Below the pieces are notes generated by a model, which did no database searches, had not been told where the DNA came from, and was given only the letters and a program-made list of their open reading frames with translations. Shown one piece after another: positions 43,025 to 52,388 of a stretch of DNA of 64,000 bases. Numbering within the stretch: position 1 is the first letter of the stretch; each line of letters opens with the position of its first letter. Origin of the DNA: Bacillota bacterium. GTDB taxonomy: Bacteria > Bacillota > DTU025. A program made the translations under genes and the position numbers. The stretch is from positions 32,001 through 96,000 of the forward strand of contig JBMNJT010000008.1 in the NCBI GenBank assembly GCA_050951805.1. The letters are read 5' to 3'.

Positions 43025-44226
43025 TCAAACAGATGGATCGGCTCCGGCAGCTGCAAGCTCATGATAAAGCCTGATTTCAAAAGAGCTGCCGGAGCTCTCT
43101 GCTTTCCACCTCAAGGCTGCCGCCGTGTCCCTCAACTATAGATTTGGCCATGGACAGGCCAATGCCGAAAGCTCTCCTTTTGGGCGTTTTGGCTCTTAAA
43201 GAAGCGATCGAAGATGTGCCTTAAGTCCGCTGCCGGAATGCCGGGGCCATTATCCCGAACTGTTATGCTTTGGTAGATGGTATTCTCTGAAAGCTGGATC
43301 TCAACAAGTCCCTTGTCATCAACGGCCTCCACAGCGTTTTTCGCGAGGTTCAAGACTGCTTCCATCAGCCACGAGCGGTCCCCTTTGATCTCGTAATCCT
43401 GGCCGGTCAGCCTCAAGTCGACCTGCTTTTGTTGTATCAGGCCTTCAATCGGTTGAATTGCTTCGTAGATCATGTTCTCAGCGCTAAAGATTTCGCTGCG
43501 AAAGGCAATAGCGCCGGCGTCGAGTGAGGAGAGCTTCAACAAGGCAGAGGTCAGCCTGTTTAGTCGATCAATCTCCTCATCAAGACGGGCGATGTATTCC
43601 GCCTGATTGGCTTCGTCCTGCTCAATTAAGTCCAGCATGAGCTGAATTGTGGTGAGGGGTGTCTTGATCTGATGGGTAATATCCTCAATGTTTCTTTTGA
43701 GAAGTGCGCGGTCAGCTAAGGCGTTTTCTCGGGATTCGCGCAGGATCAAGATGGTCTTGTAAATGTCATCTCGCAGCTGTCCAAAGAGATCATCGCGCAA
43801 GACCAATTTGTCTTCGCCACGGTGTAAGGCCCTAAGATAATCGGAAAGCTCGAGTAACTCCCTTTTGAGTTTCTTCTCTTCTCTGGCGCTCTGAAAAGAC
43901 ACCAAAAGTCCTGCGGCAAGAGCCAGGGCCAGATTAATCCATGTGAGCTTGTGCTGGTTTATATAGCTAGTTTGGGGCAAATAGCCATAGTTGCGCAAGA
44001 ATCTTGTGCCATCGGCTATCAGTTCATCTGGCTTTTCTTTTAGGGCAATTGCTAAATCTGTCTCGGTCGCACCTGGCGTATCTTCGGCTGAATGGTTGAT
44101 CAAGGCAGCTCCGGCAAAGAGGCTAAGGGCCTTTTCCCCTTCCTGCAGTGCAAATCCTGTAGCCAAGGACAAGAGCAAAAACGAGACGATAAAGGCAACG
44201 GCGCCCTCTGTAACCGTCTGTCTCAT
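43025..44226 (-). pseudogene. Sensor histidine kinase frameshifted in the ATPase domain
   Basis: H-box THQIKTPL, NLAKNA, DNGPG; G2 box FGIGLSMAKSIVEGHGG is out of frame. Confidence 0.8.
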
Positions 44227-44907
44227 CTGGGCATCTCTCCTTCGATCCAGCGATAGCCGATGCCTCGAACCGTCTGGATCTTGTTCTGGTAATGCCCCAG
44301 TTTGTGTCTTAGCCTTCGAATGTTAACCGACAGAGTATTGTCATACACAAAGTCTGACTCAAGACCCCAAACGAGGTCGATGATAAGCTCTCTAGTCAGC
44401 GTTCGGCCTGGATTCTCCATAAAAAGGCACAGGAGTTGAAACTCCTTTAAGCTCAGCTCTTCTTCTCGCTGGTCAATAAAGACCTTCTTTAGATTCTTAT
44501 CGAGGGTTACGCCATCGCTCTGCAAAATGCTCTGGAACTCGGGGTCCTTCTTCACCCGACGCAGAACTGTCTCAATTCTCGCCTTCAGCACCGGCAACTT
44601 GAAAGGCTTCGTGATATAGTCATCTGCTCCGGAGTCCAATCCACGGATGATATCCCCGTCGCTGTCCCTAACGGTTAAGCAGATAATGGGGATCGAATTG
44701 TTCTCTCTAACAAGATCAAGAAAAGCAAAGCCATCTCCGTCCGGCAAGTTCAGATCGAGAAGAATCAAGTCCAAATCATTCTGAAGACACGTTTTTGCCT
44801 GTGACAATGTCGGAGCCGGAAGAACCGTATAGCCTGTGTTCTCTAAATATCGCTTGACTGCGAAAGAGGATATTCTCTTCATCCTCTACCAATAGGATTT
44901 TCTTCAT
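44223..44907 (-). pseudogene. OmpR-family response regulator frameshifted near its start
   Basis: MKKILLVEDE is in a different frame from LLDLNLPDGDG...GADDYITKPF...TVRGIGY. Confidence 0.85.
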
Positions 44908-45468
44908 GTTGAAAGCTCCCATCCGTGAATTAGCTTGGTGCGACCGCAACATTACCGAGAGCAATTGCATCCGGCTTGCCTTTTCTGTGTTTGCCGCAAT
45001 ATGTGCATGTACATTATACCGGGTTTTGCCCGGTCGCAATTGTGTTGGTCATGCTGAGTGTGGCGAATGGGACGGATGTCTAAGGGCCAACGGTAGATGG
45101 CGACGCGCAGTCCTAGGATGCGAGCTTTCCACACCGGGAGGGCGGGCGGAGTGTGCCGGCTAGCTAGAAGATGCGTGCAGGATCCTCATGCCCGGGACTC
45201 GAATACATGCCTGAGCCTTTCCAGCTGGGGACTATAGGTAGACAACCTCAAGGTGAAATCATGATGCCTCTAGTTACGACCAGGCATCCACGAGTCTTCC
45301 CGCTTAGCTTGACATGTGTAGGCGCATACGAGAAACCTGCGTATCCTATGGGGAGTTCTTTGTCAGCTGCAGCGGCAATGATAATGCTTGCATGCCTCAA
45401 TTCTACTTGCTGTATGAGCTCTTGAGGCCGACTCGTCAGCCATGTGGCGGGTGGGTCGACCGCCAGCG

Positions 45469-45749
45469 ACACTACGATTCTTTCGCAGTGTTTTTTCTTA
45501 TACTACGAAAAAGTCGTAGTGTTAGAATGCAAGTTAACATAATGTAAGGCTGGTTTGGTTTATCTGGATGCCAGGCGGCATTCTATTCCTTTTATTGGCT
45601 CAACATGTCACCTGATCGAGCTCAACAGGGGGGAATTCGATCTCGGCACGCCGTAATAGACATTATCCCCCAAAGCTTACCTATAACTGTAATCGTGTCT
45701 GCGAAATATTCGTAGTGTAGCAAAAAATGCTACGAAATACTCGCCGTGT
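45469..45749. promoter_or_regulatory. Four 23-bp palindromic operator-like sites (consensus ACACTACGA-N5-TCGTAGTGT) in two pairs
   Basis: Sites at 45469-45491, 45500-45522, 45696-45718 and 45727-45749; 31-bp period in both pairs. Confidence 0.7.
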
Positions 45750-45997
45750 TCCCTTTATATCCAACCAACCTCAGGTCGATACTGGAGGCATCGGCAAGTG
45801 TGGCTTCAGGGGCGCCCGTCTGTGACCTGGAAATCTTCCGGCAGGGTTGCGGCAGAGTAGTGACATTTGGGCTGTGCTTGGGCCACTTCGACCGGTAACT
45901 GCCTGCTCCGGGCATAAGCAAATTACCTGAACGAGGCCGTGTTGCTTGCCATAGAATTTGATATCTGCGATAGCGAGGCCTTGCGGAGGTGCTTTTC

Positions 45998-48106
45998 ATG
46001 GCGATACCGGATGTGAGCGCAGATGATATTGTGGCTGTGCTTAGGGAGTTTGATAACGCCAAGCGCGATACTGATGCCTGGCGTGGGTGGGAGACCCGTC
46101 GAAACCATGTGTACGCCATATCCTGGAATGGCAGGTTTTATCCTGTAAAAGAGACGATCCGCAGTGCCACAGGCGGGCTATCCGAGTTCGGCGGGGGTGC
46201 CCAGGCAAATAGGTATTTAAGAGAGCGGGGCTTTGAGATCGTCCCTTTGCGCCGTGGCGATCTGGCGATTTCGCCGGATGGTTTGTCCAGGCTTGACTGT
46301 GCACTGGACAGGTTCGCAGAGTTCCGTCGGGTTGACGAACCGCGCTATCTTGCGGATGAGCGAACCTACAAGGTTGATCTGTTCGATCATCTTCGCAAGA
46401 TTTGGGACAAGCTGTATGAAGACCCTGAGGAGAGCAAGCAGGAGCTAGTGGGCCTGATGCGGCGGGAGGGTGCAGATGCCAAGCTCGTGGCGGCCATCGA
46501 CAACCTGCTTGGGGGGCGCGGATTTGCGACCAGAGATGATTTTGCCATCTACCTCGAGAACATCAGCGGTGACGAGTACCTACGGGACATGGGTGAGCTC
46601 TTTGAAGGGGATGGAGCTCCGTCTGCCCGGTTGGACGAGTTTCGCAAGTCGGTGAATAGCGCCTACGCGCACCTTTACGACGAGGGAAAATTCCACAGCG
46701 GCAAGAAGACGAGGCCACTCCTGCAACAGTGCTTTGCGGCTATCCTTCTAGCCTCATATGACCCGGATTCCTATATTCTCTATCGCTATACCGAGTACAA
46801 GAAGACTGCTGAATGGATTGGCCTGACAGTGCCTTCAACCCCCGAGCAGTGCTATACGCTCTATCTGGACATGGCCATGTACATCTTGGACCGTGCAAGA
46901 GAGGGCAATTGGCCTGTTTGGGACCTGGTGGACGTGCACAACATGATCTACATGTTGTGGAGGTACGATGAGTTCAAGGATCTGCTGACTGAAGATGAGA
47001 GAGTCGTTTCCGGTGAATCGGTCTACACTTTCATCAGGAAGCATCACTTCATCTTTCGCGATTGGCTCGTTACTGATTATATTCTTTCTCTTGCCACCAA
47101 ACCGTTCGTGATTCTGTCGGGGATATCGGGTACAGGAAAGACGAAGCTGGGCCAGCTTGTAGCGGAATATGTAGTGCGTGCCACTGGCGGGCGGGCTAAA
47201 AAGGCATTTGTGTCTGTCAGGCCGGATTGGACAGACAATTCATACCTCTTGGGCTGGTACAACGCAATAGCTGAGCGGTATGAGACCACGGCGGTTTTGG
47301 ACTTGATTCTCGAGGCGCCCGGTGAGCCCGAGGTTCCCCACTTCATCATCTTGGATGAGATGAACATTGCCAAGGTAGAGCACTACTTCTCGGATTTCTT
47401 GAGTGCCATGGAAAGCAGGTGGATTGATGCTGGTGGCAAGGTTCATCAGGAGCCGATCCGCCTTCACAACCAGGGGGACGAGGGAGAGTGGGGTCCTGGC
47501 CCTGGTGTGCCCTCTGAGATTGCTCTCCCGTTGAACGTCTATGTAACAGGTACTGTAAATGTGGATGAGTCGACTTACATGTTCTCGCCGAAGGTGTTTG
47601 ATAGGGCAAACGTGATCGAGTTCAACGATGTTTGCCTTGACCCGGACCTCTACAGGCAGATGGAGATTCCGGGCTCGGAAGGGTTCGTGCTCCGCTCTGA
47701 TGCGGATCTTGCAGAGATCTTAGGGCCACACAAGCCTGCCTCCCCAAAGAAGCTGGTTGAGATGAAAGAGGTTATGCCGGAGCAGCATCGTCTCCTGCTG
47801 GCGGTCCATAACGCGCTCAGGCCTTACAACATGCATTTTGGCTACCGTGTTGCCAATGAGATCGCCGCGTACATGCTGAACGCTCGGGAGTTTTGCGAGG
47901 GGGGCGATGAGGTGCTGCCATTTGCCTTCGATATTCAGGTGCTGCAGAAGATCCTGCCCAAGCTGCATGGAAATGCCGCACAGCTCCTTGAGCCTATGGA
48001 AAGCCTCAACGCTGCGCTGCCGGATTCATGCTCCATGAGCCGCGCCAAACTGGCACGCATGAAGATGCGGCTGGAGCAGGTGGGGTTCGCATCGTTCATA
48101 GAGTAG
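45998..48106 (+). CDS. mcrB: McrB-like AAA+ GTPase (type IV restriction)
   Basis: GISGTGKT, VRPDWTD, LDEMNIAKVEHYFSDFLS, GTVNVDEST, KVFDRAN, QKILPKLHG. Confidence 0.88.
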   Translation: MAIPDVSADDIVAVLREFDNAKRDTDAWRGWETRRNHVYAISWNGRFYPVKETIRSATGGLSEFGGGAQANRYLRERGFEIVPLRRGDLAISPDGLSRLDCALDRFAEFRRVDEPRYLADERTYKVDLFDHLRKIWDKLYEDPEESKQELVGLMRREGADAKLVAAIDNLLGGRGFATRDDFAIYLENISGDEYLRDMGELFEGDGAPSARLDEFRKSVNSAYAHLYDEGKFHSGKKTRPLLQQCFAAILLASYDPDSYILYRYTEYKKTAEWIGLTVPSTPEQCYTLYLDMAMYILDRAREGNWPVWDLVDVHNMIYMLWRYDEFKDLLTEDERVVSGESVYTFIRKHHFIFRDWLVTDYILSLATKPFVILSGISGTGKTKLGQLVAEYVVRATGGRAKKAFVSVRPDWTDNSYLLGWYNAIAERYETTAVLDLILEAPGEPEVPHFIILDEMNIAKVEHYFSDFLSAMESRWIDAGGKVHQEPIRLHNQGDEGEWGPGPGVPSEIALPLNVYVTGTVNVDESTYMFSPKVFDRANVIEFNDVCLDPDLYRQMEIPGSEGFVLRSDADLAEILGPHKPASPKKLVEMKEVMPEQHRLLLAVHNALRPYNMHFGYRVANEIAAYMLNAREFCEGGDEVLPFAFDIQVLQKILPKLHGNAAQLLEPMESLNAALPDSCSMSRAKLARMKMRLEQVGFASFIE

Positions 48107-48164
48107 GGGGGCGGTGGGGTATGGCGACGATGTCCATGGATTTTGACGGGCTGCAATCGCGTTC

Positions 48165-49784
48165 TTGTCGCAGCAGATATGGGCGATTCCTATTGGCAAG
48201 ATGATGGGTGCAAGGATGCCGGCGCCAATCCAGGTGATTTCGCCAGCTCGCAAAGGCAGGGGGCTCGATGTGAGGACGGCGTCGTTCAGGCTTTCGTCTG
48301 ATCGCACCTACTATCTCTACTTTGAGCCTGGCAATGTTCCGGGATGGGTGGAGAGCTCGCCTTTTCTCCAAAGGTGTGGGGAGCTTGACCTGTTTTTGCT
48401 CAACCTGGTGAACTGCGTGGGGATGATTCGGCTTGGGCCGATTGATCTGGATGTAGAGTGCACGAAGCTTTCTTCGGCAGAATTTCGGGGGCTTGTTAGC
48501 GAGGTCTCTGAATACCTTCTGCAGCTGCCGTTTGGCTACAGGGGGGCGGGGGCCGGTTATGAGCATGTCCTCAAGTTTGAACGGAGCATTGACTACCACA
48601 CATTGGTGCATGCGAGCAATCTGCTCAGGTCAAATCGGCTGCAGGCAGCAGTGGCACAGATTACTGCCGACCCTCATGTGTTGTTTGTCAAGGAGCGACA
48701 GCGGGTGCGCGTGGAGCGGGCGCGCCGTGCAGATTCGGTGACCGTGAGGGATATATGCGTTTTACCCCGCCATTTTGAGCCTATCCGTCCGGGTTCGCCT
48801 CTGTCAGTGAGTCATCTCTGCACGCGGCTGGAAGGGAAGCATTTCCCGGGCCAGATCCTGTCGGGCAGCATGGTTCCAATGCTTGATAACGAGGAGAATC
48901 AGTTCGTTCGGCATACGCTCGAGTCGATCCTTCGAGCCGTGGGGTCAGTGCTGGCGGCCGCCCAGTCCACGTCTGATATCCGTGATGAGGCTCGCTGGAT
49001 ACAGAAAGAAGTCGAGTGCTTGCTCGCTCATGACCTCTTCCAAGAGGTATCAAGGCCGCGCTGGCTGAATCTTTCATCCCAGGTATTGCAGCGCAGAGCG
49101 GGCTACCGTGAGATGCTGATGTTCCATTTGCAGATGGCGCTGCCGCCAACCCCTGCCTGGTCCCATGATCTCAAGCGGATTTTGGAGCTCAAGGATGTTG
49201 CCACTCTATACGAATACTGGGTGTTCGTGCAGATTGGCAGGGGTGTTGAGAAGATCATGGGCGCAGAATGTGTAGGGGCAGACGGGGTGGAATACGATCC
49301 TTTTGGTGCAAAGCTCCGCCGCGGAATTCGTGTCAGGTTCCCCGGGGGAGTGGAAGTGCACTACAATAAAGGAACCAGGGGATACTCCGGCCCATTGCGT
49401 CCTGATGTGATGCTTCTGACTCAATCAGGCATGTGGGCATTTGATGCCAAGTTCCGCCTGGACAGCGGTTCTGTTTCGGGCCATGCTACCAAAGCGGATA
49501 CGTTGGGCGCGATGAAGGATAGAGCCAGGGTTGATGACATAGACAAAATGCACACTTACCGTGATGCGCTCACCCCTGGTTTGAGAGGGGCTTATGTGGT
49601 GTATCCAGGCGATGAGGTGCTGATGTACCCTGCACCGGGGTCTAGTGCATGTAATGGCGGACCAGGTTTTAGGGACGGGGGTCCCTGGGTTGCCGTAGAT
49701 GGGGTAGGAGCAGTGCCGGCGAGGCCGGGCTCGGGCATGACCGGGCTGTTTGGACTGCTAGACAAGATATTGAGCCTTCGGTAA
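48165..49784 (+). CDS. McrC-like DUF2357 + PD-(D/E)XK nuclease (start uncertain)
   Basis: DNEENQFV, LYEYW, RPD..FDAKFR, KMHTYRDAL; directly after mcrB. Confidence 0.85.
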   Translation: MSQQIWAIPIGKMMGARMPAPIQVISPARKGRGLDVRTASFRLSSDRTYYLYFEPGNVPGWVESSPFLQRCGELDLFLLNLVNCVGMIRLGPIDLDVECTKLSSAEFRGLVSEVSEYLLQLPFGYRGAGAGYEHVLKFERSIDYHTLVHASNLLRSNRLQAAVAQITADPHVLFVKERQRVRVERARRADSVTVRDICVLPRHFEPIRPGSPLSVSHLCTRLEGKHFPGQILSGSMVPMLDNEENQFVRHTLESILRAVGSVLAAAQSTSDIRDEARWIQKEVECLLAHDLFQEVSRPRWLNLSSQVLQRRAGYREMLMFHLQMALPPTPAWSHDLKRILELKDVATLYEYWVFVQIGRGVEKIMGAECVGADGVEYDPFGAKLRRGIRVRFPGGVEVHYNKGTRGYSGPLRPDVMLLTQSGMWAFDAKFRLDSGSVSGHATKADTLGAMKDRARVDDIDKMHTYRDALTPGLRGAYVVYPGDEVLMYPAPGSSACNGGPGFRDGGPWVAVDGVGAVPARPGSGMTGLFGLLDKILSLR

Positions 49785-49804
49785 GACTCACACTAGAGAG
49801 GCAG

Positions 49805-50281
49805 ATGAAAGAGATCGTGGAGGAGAAGAGGAAACGCCTGGGCATAGTCCTTTGTGCCATAGCTATAGTCATGACTGTATTTGGACTCATAGAGACCAAC
49901 AGAAGTCGGAAGATAGTACAGATTCTCGACAACTACCACAGAGTTGACCGAATAGCCATTAACAGAGGCGATGTGGAGGCGGTCGTGGCCGGGGATGAGC
50001 TGGAGCGATACAAGGAAGCCTTTGAACCCCAAGTCATCTTGTCGGGGGATAGGAAAACGATCAACAGGGTTTTGGGGGACAAGTATCTAGAGATGAGATT
50101 CTTTATCGAGGATGAACTCCTGTTTAGCGCGGCCATTTACGAATTGACTACAGGCAGTAATGTTCCGGACAGTTTTGAAATGGGCAGCCGGAGATACATC
50201 ATGAAGGTCGGTCGAGACTACAGAAGCCTGAGCAAAAGCGACAAGGGATTCCTGCTGGAGGCAGTGACCGTGTCTGATTAG
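49805..50281 (+). CDS. Hypothetical single-transmembrane protein
   Basis: GAGG ribosome-binding site; N-terminal segment LGIVLCAIAIVMTVFGLI; 20 bp after the McrC-like gene. Confidence 0.65.
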   Translation: MKEIVEEKRKRLGIVLCAIAIVMTVFGLIETNRSRKIVQILDNYHRVDRIAINRGDVEAVVAGDELERYKEAFEPQVILSGDRKTINRVLGDKYLEMRFFIEDELLFSAAIYELTTGSNVPDSFEMGSRRYIMKVGRDYRSLSKSDKGFLLEAVTVSD

Positions 50282-50395
50282 GCCTGGCCTGTGATCCCGG
50301 AACAATAAGCATCCATCCAGGATCATAGCGAGGCCTTGATCCAACCGCGTCGATGTTAAGGTCAGCGGTGGCCCAATGTATCTTGCCTATTCACC

Positions 50396-50970
50396 CTACA
50401 GGCTACGATAGTAGGCGCATCTCGATTTCAGCAGACAATCGCCGTATAGGGGATCCGTTTTCCGGTAGAGGTTTGCCGCGCTCGTCATCCCCAATGACAC
50501 GAGAACCGTGTCGACATAGCGAATAGGCACGTCAGCTGCGTCCGCAATGAGCCTTCCCATTCGAATGGCGTCTCCGTATGATTCTCCTCCGCCGTTTTCA
50601 CAAGACCCAGCCTATGCAGTACACGCATCACGTGAACGTCCGGCTTGATGAAGTTGAACCCGTAATCCATAAGGAAGTGCTTAGTCGTTGCCGGGCCGAA
50701 GTAGGCAAGACGATTCATGAGGTCAGCTTGCAGCCTATCGAGGTCATCCAGGATTTCCGCTGGATCGCATACGCCCTCAGGAAAACCTTCGTTAAAGGAC
50801 AAGAGATACGCGGAGAATGAACCGTACTGGTTAATGATGGTCTAAAATGACCGGGCGTTCCCGGTTACAGCCGTGATCTTTGCTCTATTTCGGATGAGAT
50901 TTGGGTTATCCATCAGGGCTTCAATCTGGTCGCTGTTGTAGGTTAACACCGTATCGATATCGGCGAGGGT
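50396..50970 (-). pseudogene. DNA glycosylase pseudogene (3-methyladenine glycosylase I / HhH-like)
   Basis: LIRNRAKITAV..NA, YGSF, HFLMDYG..IKPDVH; internal TAG, a frameshift and a missing 5' end. Confidence 0.7.
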
Positions 50971-50971
50971 G

Positions 50972-51091
50972 TTTTGGCCGCAACCTAACCGGAGGAGGTA
51001 TTCTATACAGCGCGGTGGCTATGTCTTCTTCTTCAGACGATATTGTGACATTTCCACCGCCGATCTCTGCATTTCAATTCTGCCGAAAACA
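50972..51091 (-). mobile_element. Diverged IS21-family left-end remnant
   Basis: Minus strand TGTTTTCGGCAGAATTGAAATGCAGAGATCGGCGGTGGAAATGTCACA...AGAATACCTCC aligns with the left end at 34757. Confidence 0.8.
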
Positions 51092-51886
51092 GGTGAGTCA
51101 ATGGATGGAGCAGCGATTGCCAGGATCTTGTCTTCGCCTGGAGCTACCGACTAGTGGGATATCGCATATCGCCTCAGGTTACAGCCATTTCAGTAGGACT
51201 GAACATCCAAGCATTCCACCGGATGAAACAAGGGAGAATACGAAGATTGTCGAACATAACAAGGAAGGGTTTTCTAATATTGAATATGCTAGAGGCTCAG
51301 CGCCATCGACAATACAAAGGCGTACATCCTTTGTCAAACTTAGGATCGTCAATCGCCCAATGATGCCATGAATTCCGCACGACTTTAGTTCTTGGCAGGC
51401 GATCCGGTGTCTTGATCGGACGCGACTCTCTTTCAAATTGGCGACTGAGTTATCTGCCGTATGGATACTTTCTGCATAATATGTACACTGATGTGGCGCA
51501 AGGAGGTACCATTATCGAACAAATGGAACCATATGTAAGGCTAGACTACTGCCTCGGCGAGCCTATAGATGTAGCTTTCATCGAAAAGTGATTACAAGAC
51601 AGACACAGCACTCAAATACACTATCATAGCTGCACTCCAACACAGAAAGGGTTTCTCTTACATTCTGCTTATCCACATCATTCTTGCTTAGCAGCTGATC
51701 TAGTAATTGCCACAGTACACATCACGCTAACGCCTGGCAGGGATTGCCTTGCCCGGTCGTACTTACTATTTCGTCTTGAAGCTGAAGCACATACGAGTCG
51801 CATTCATGAAGTCTAGGAAACGTGGCTGTCCTGCGACCTTTAGCGGGTCCTAGAGGGCTACCTCGCTTTGCTGTTAGGGGGAAGAA

Positions 51887-52369
51887 GTGATCGAACGCAA
51901 AGACATAGCAGATGAGCTATTGGACTTAATAAGGCAAGCTGGAATGCTTTACTACAGACTTGTTCTCATTCTCGGGCCTGTAGGCTCTGGGAAGACTACG
52001 CTGCTGCGGTATGCAGAAGACAAGTTGAGTAGTCCAATTATCAACGTAGGCCTGGAGCTTTCCAGGAGGTTGATCAGTCTCACCGCCGAACAGCGGAAGC
52101 TTGAGATTGGGACAATCTTAGAGGAAGTGGTGGGTTCCACTAGGACTGACATCGTGCTAATGGACAACCTGGAGGTTCTTTTCGATCCAGGTCTTGAACA
52201 GGATCCACTTCGACTTCTTCAGGGATTGTCCAGAAATCGCACCATTGTTGCTACCTGGAATGGTTCGATTACAGATGGGCAGTTGATCTATGCAGAACCT
52301 CAGCATTTCGAATACAGAAAGTACAAGACACAGGATTTTTTGTTCCTTAACGTGGATGGGATTGAGTAG
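51887..52369 (+). CDS. brxF: BREX type 3 P-loop protein BrxF
   Basis: [38 protein letters not shown]. Confidence 0.88.
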   Translation: MIERKDIADELLDLIRQAGMLYYRLVLILGPVGSGKTTLLRYAEDKLSSPIINVGLELSRRLISLTAEQRKLEIGTILEEVVGSTRTDIVLMDNLEVLFDPGLEQDPLRLLQGLSRNRTIVATWNGSITDGQLIYAEPQHFEYRKYKTQDFLFLNVDGIE

Positions 52370-52388
52370 CAGAGCCGGAGGGGTGAAG

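Noticed and set aside
43041-43095. 12-bp inverted repeat as a terminator or MITE
   Set aside because: It has a 31-nt loop and lies within the probable original kinase C-terminus.
45248-45472. 74-aa ORF as the regulator of the palindrome array
   Set aside because: No HTH or other recognisable motif, and no ribosome-binding site.
51100-51886. brxR/WYL regulator or attachment site upstream of BREX
   Set aside because: No credible ORF, tRNA or clear repeat found; only short fragments.
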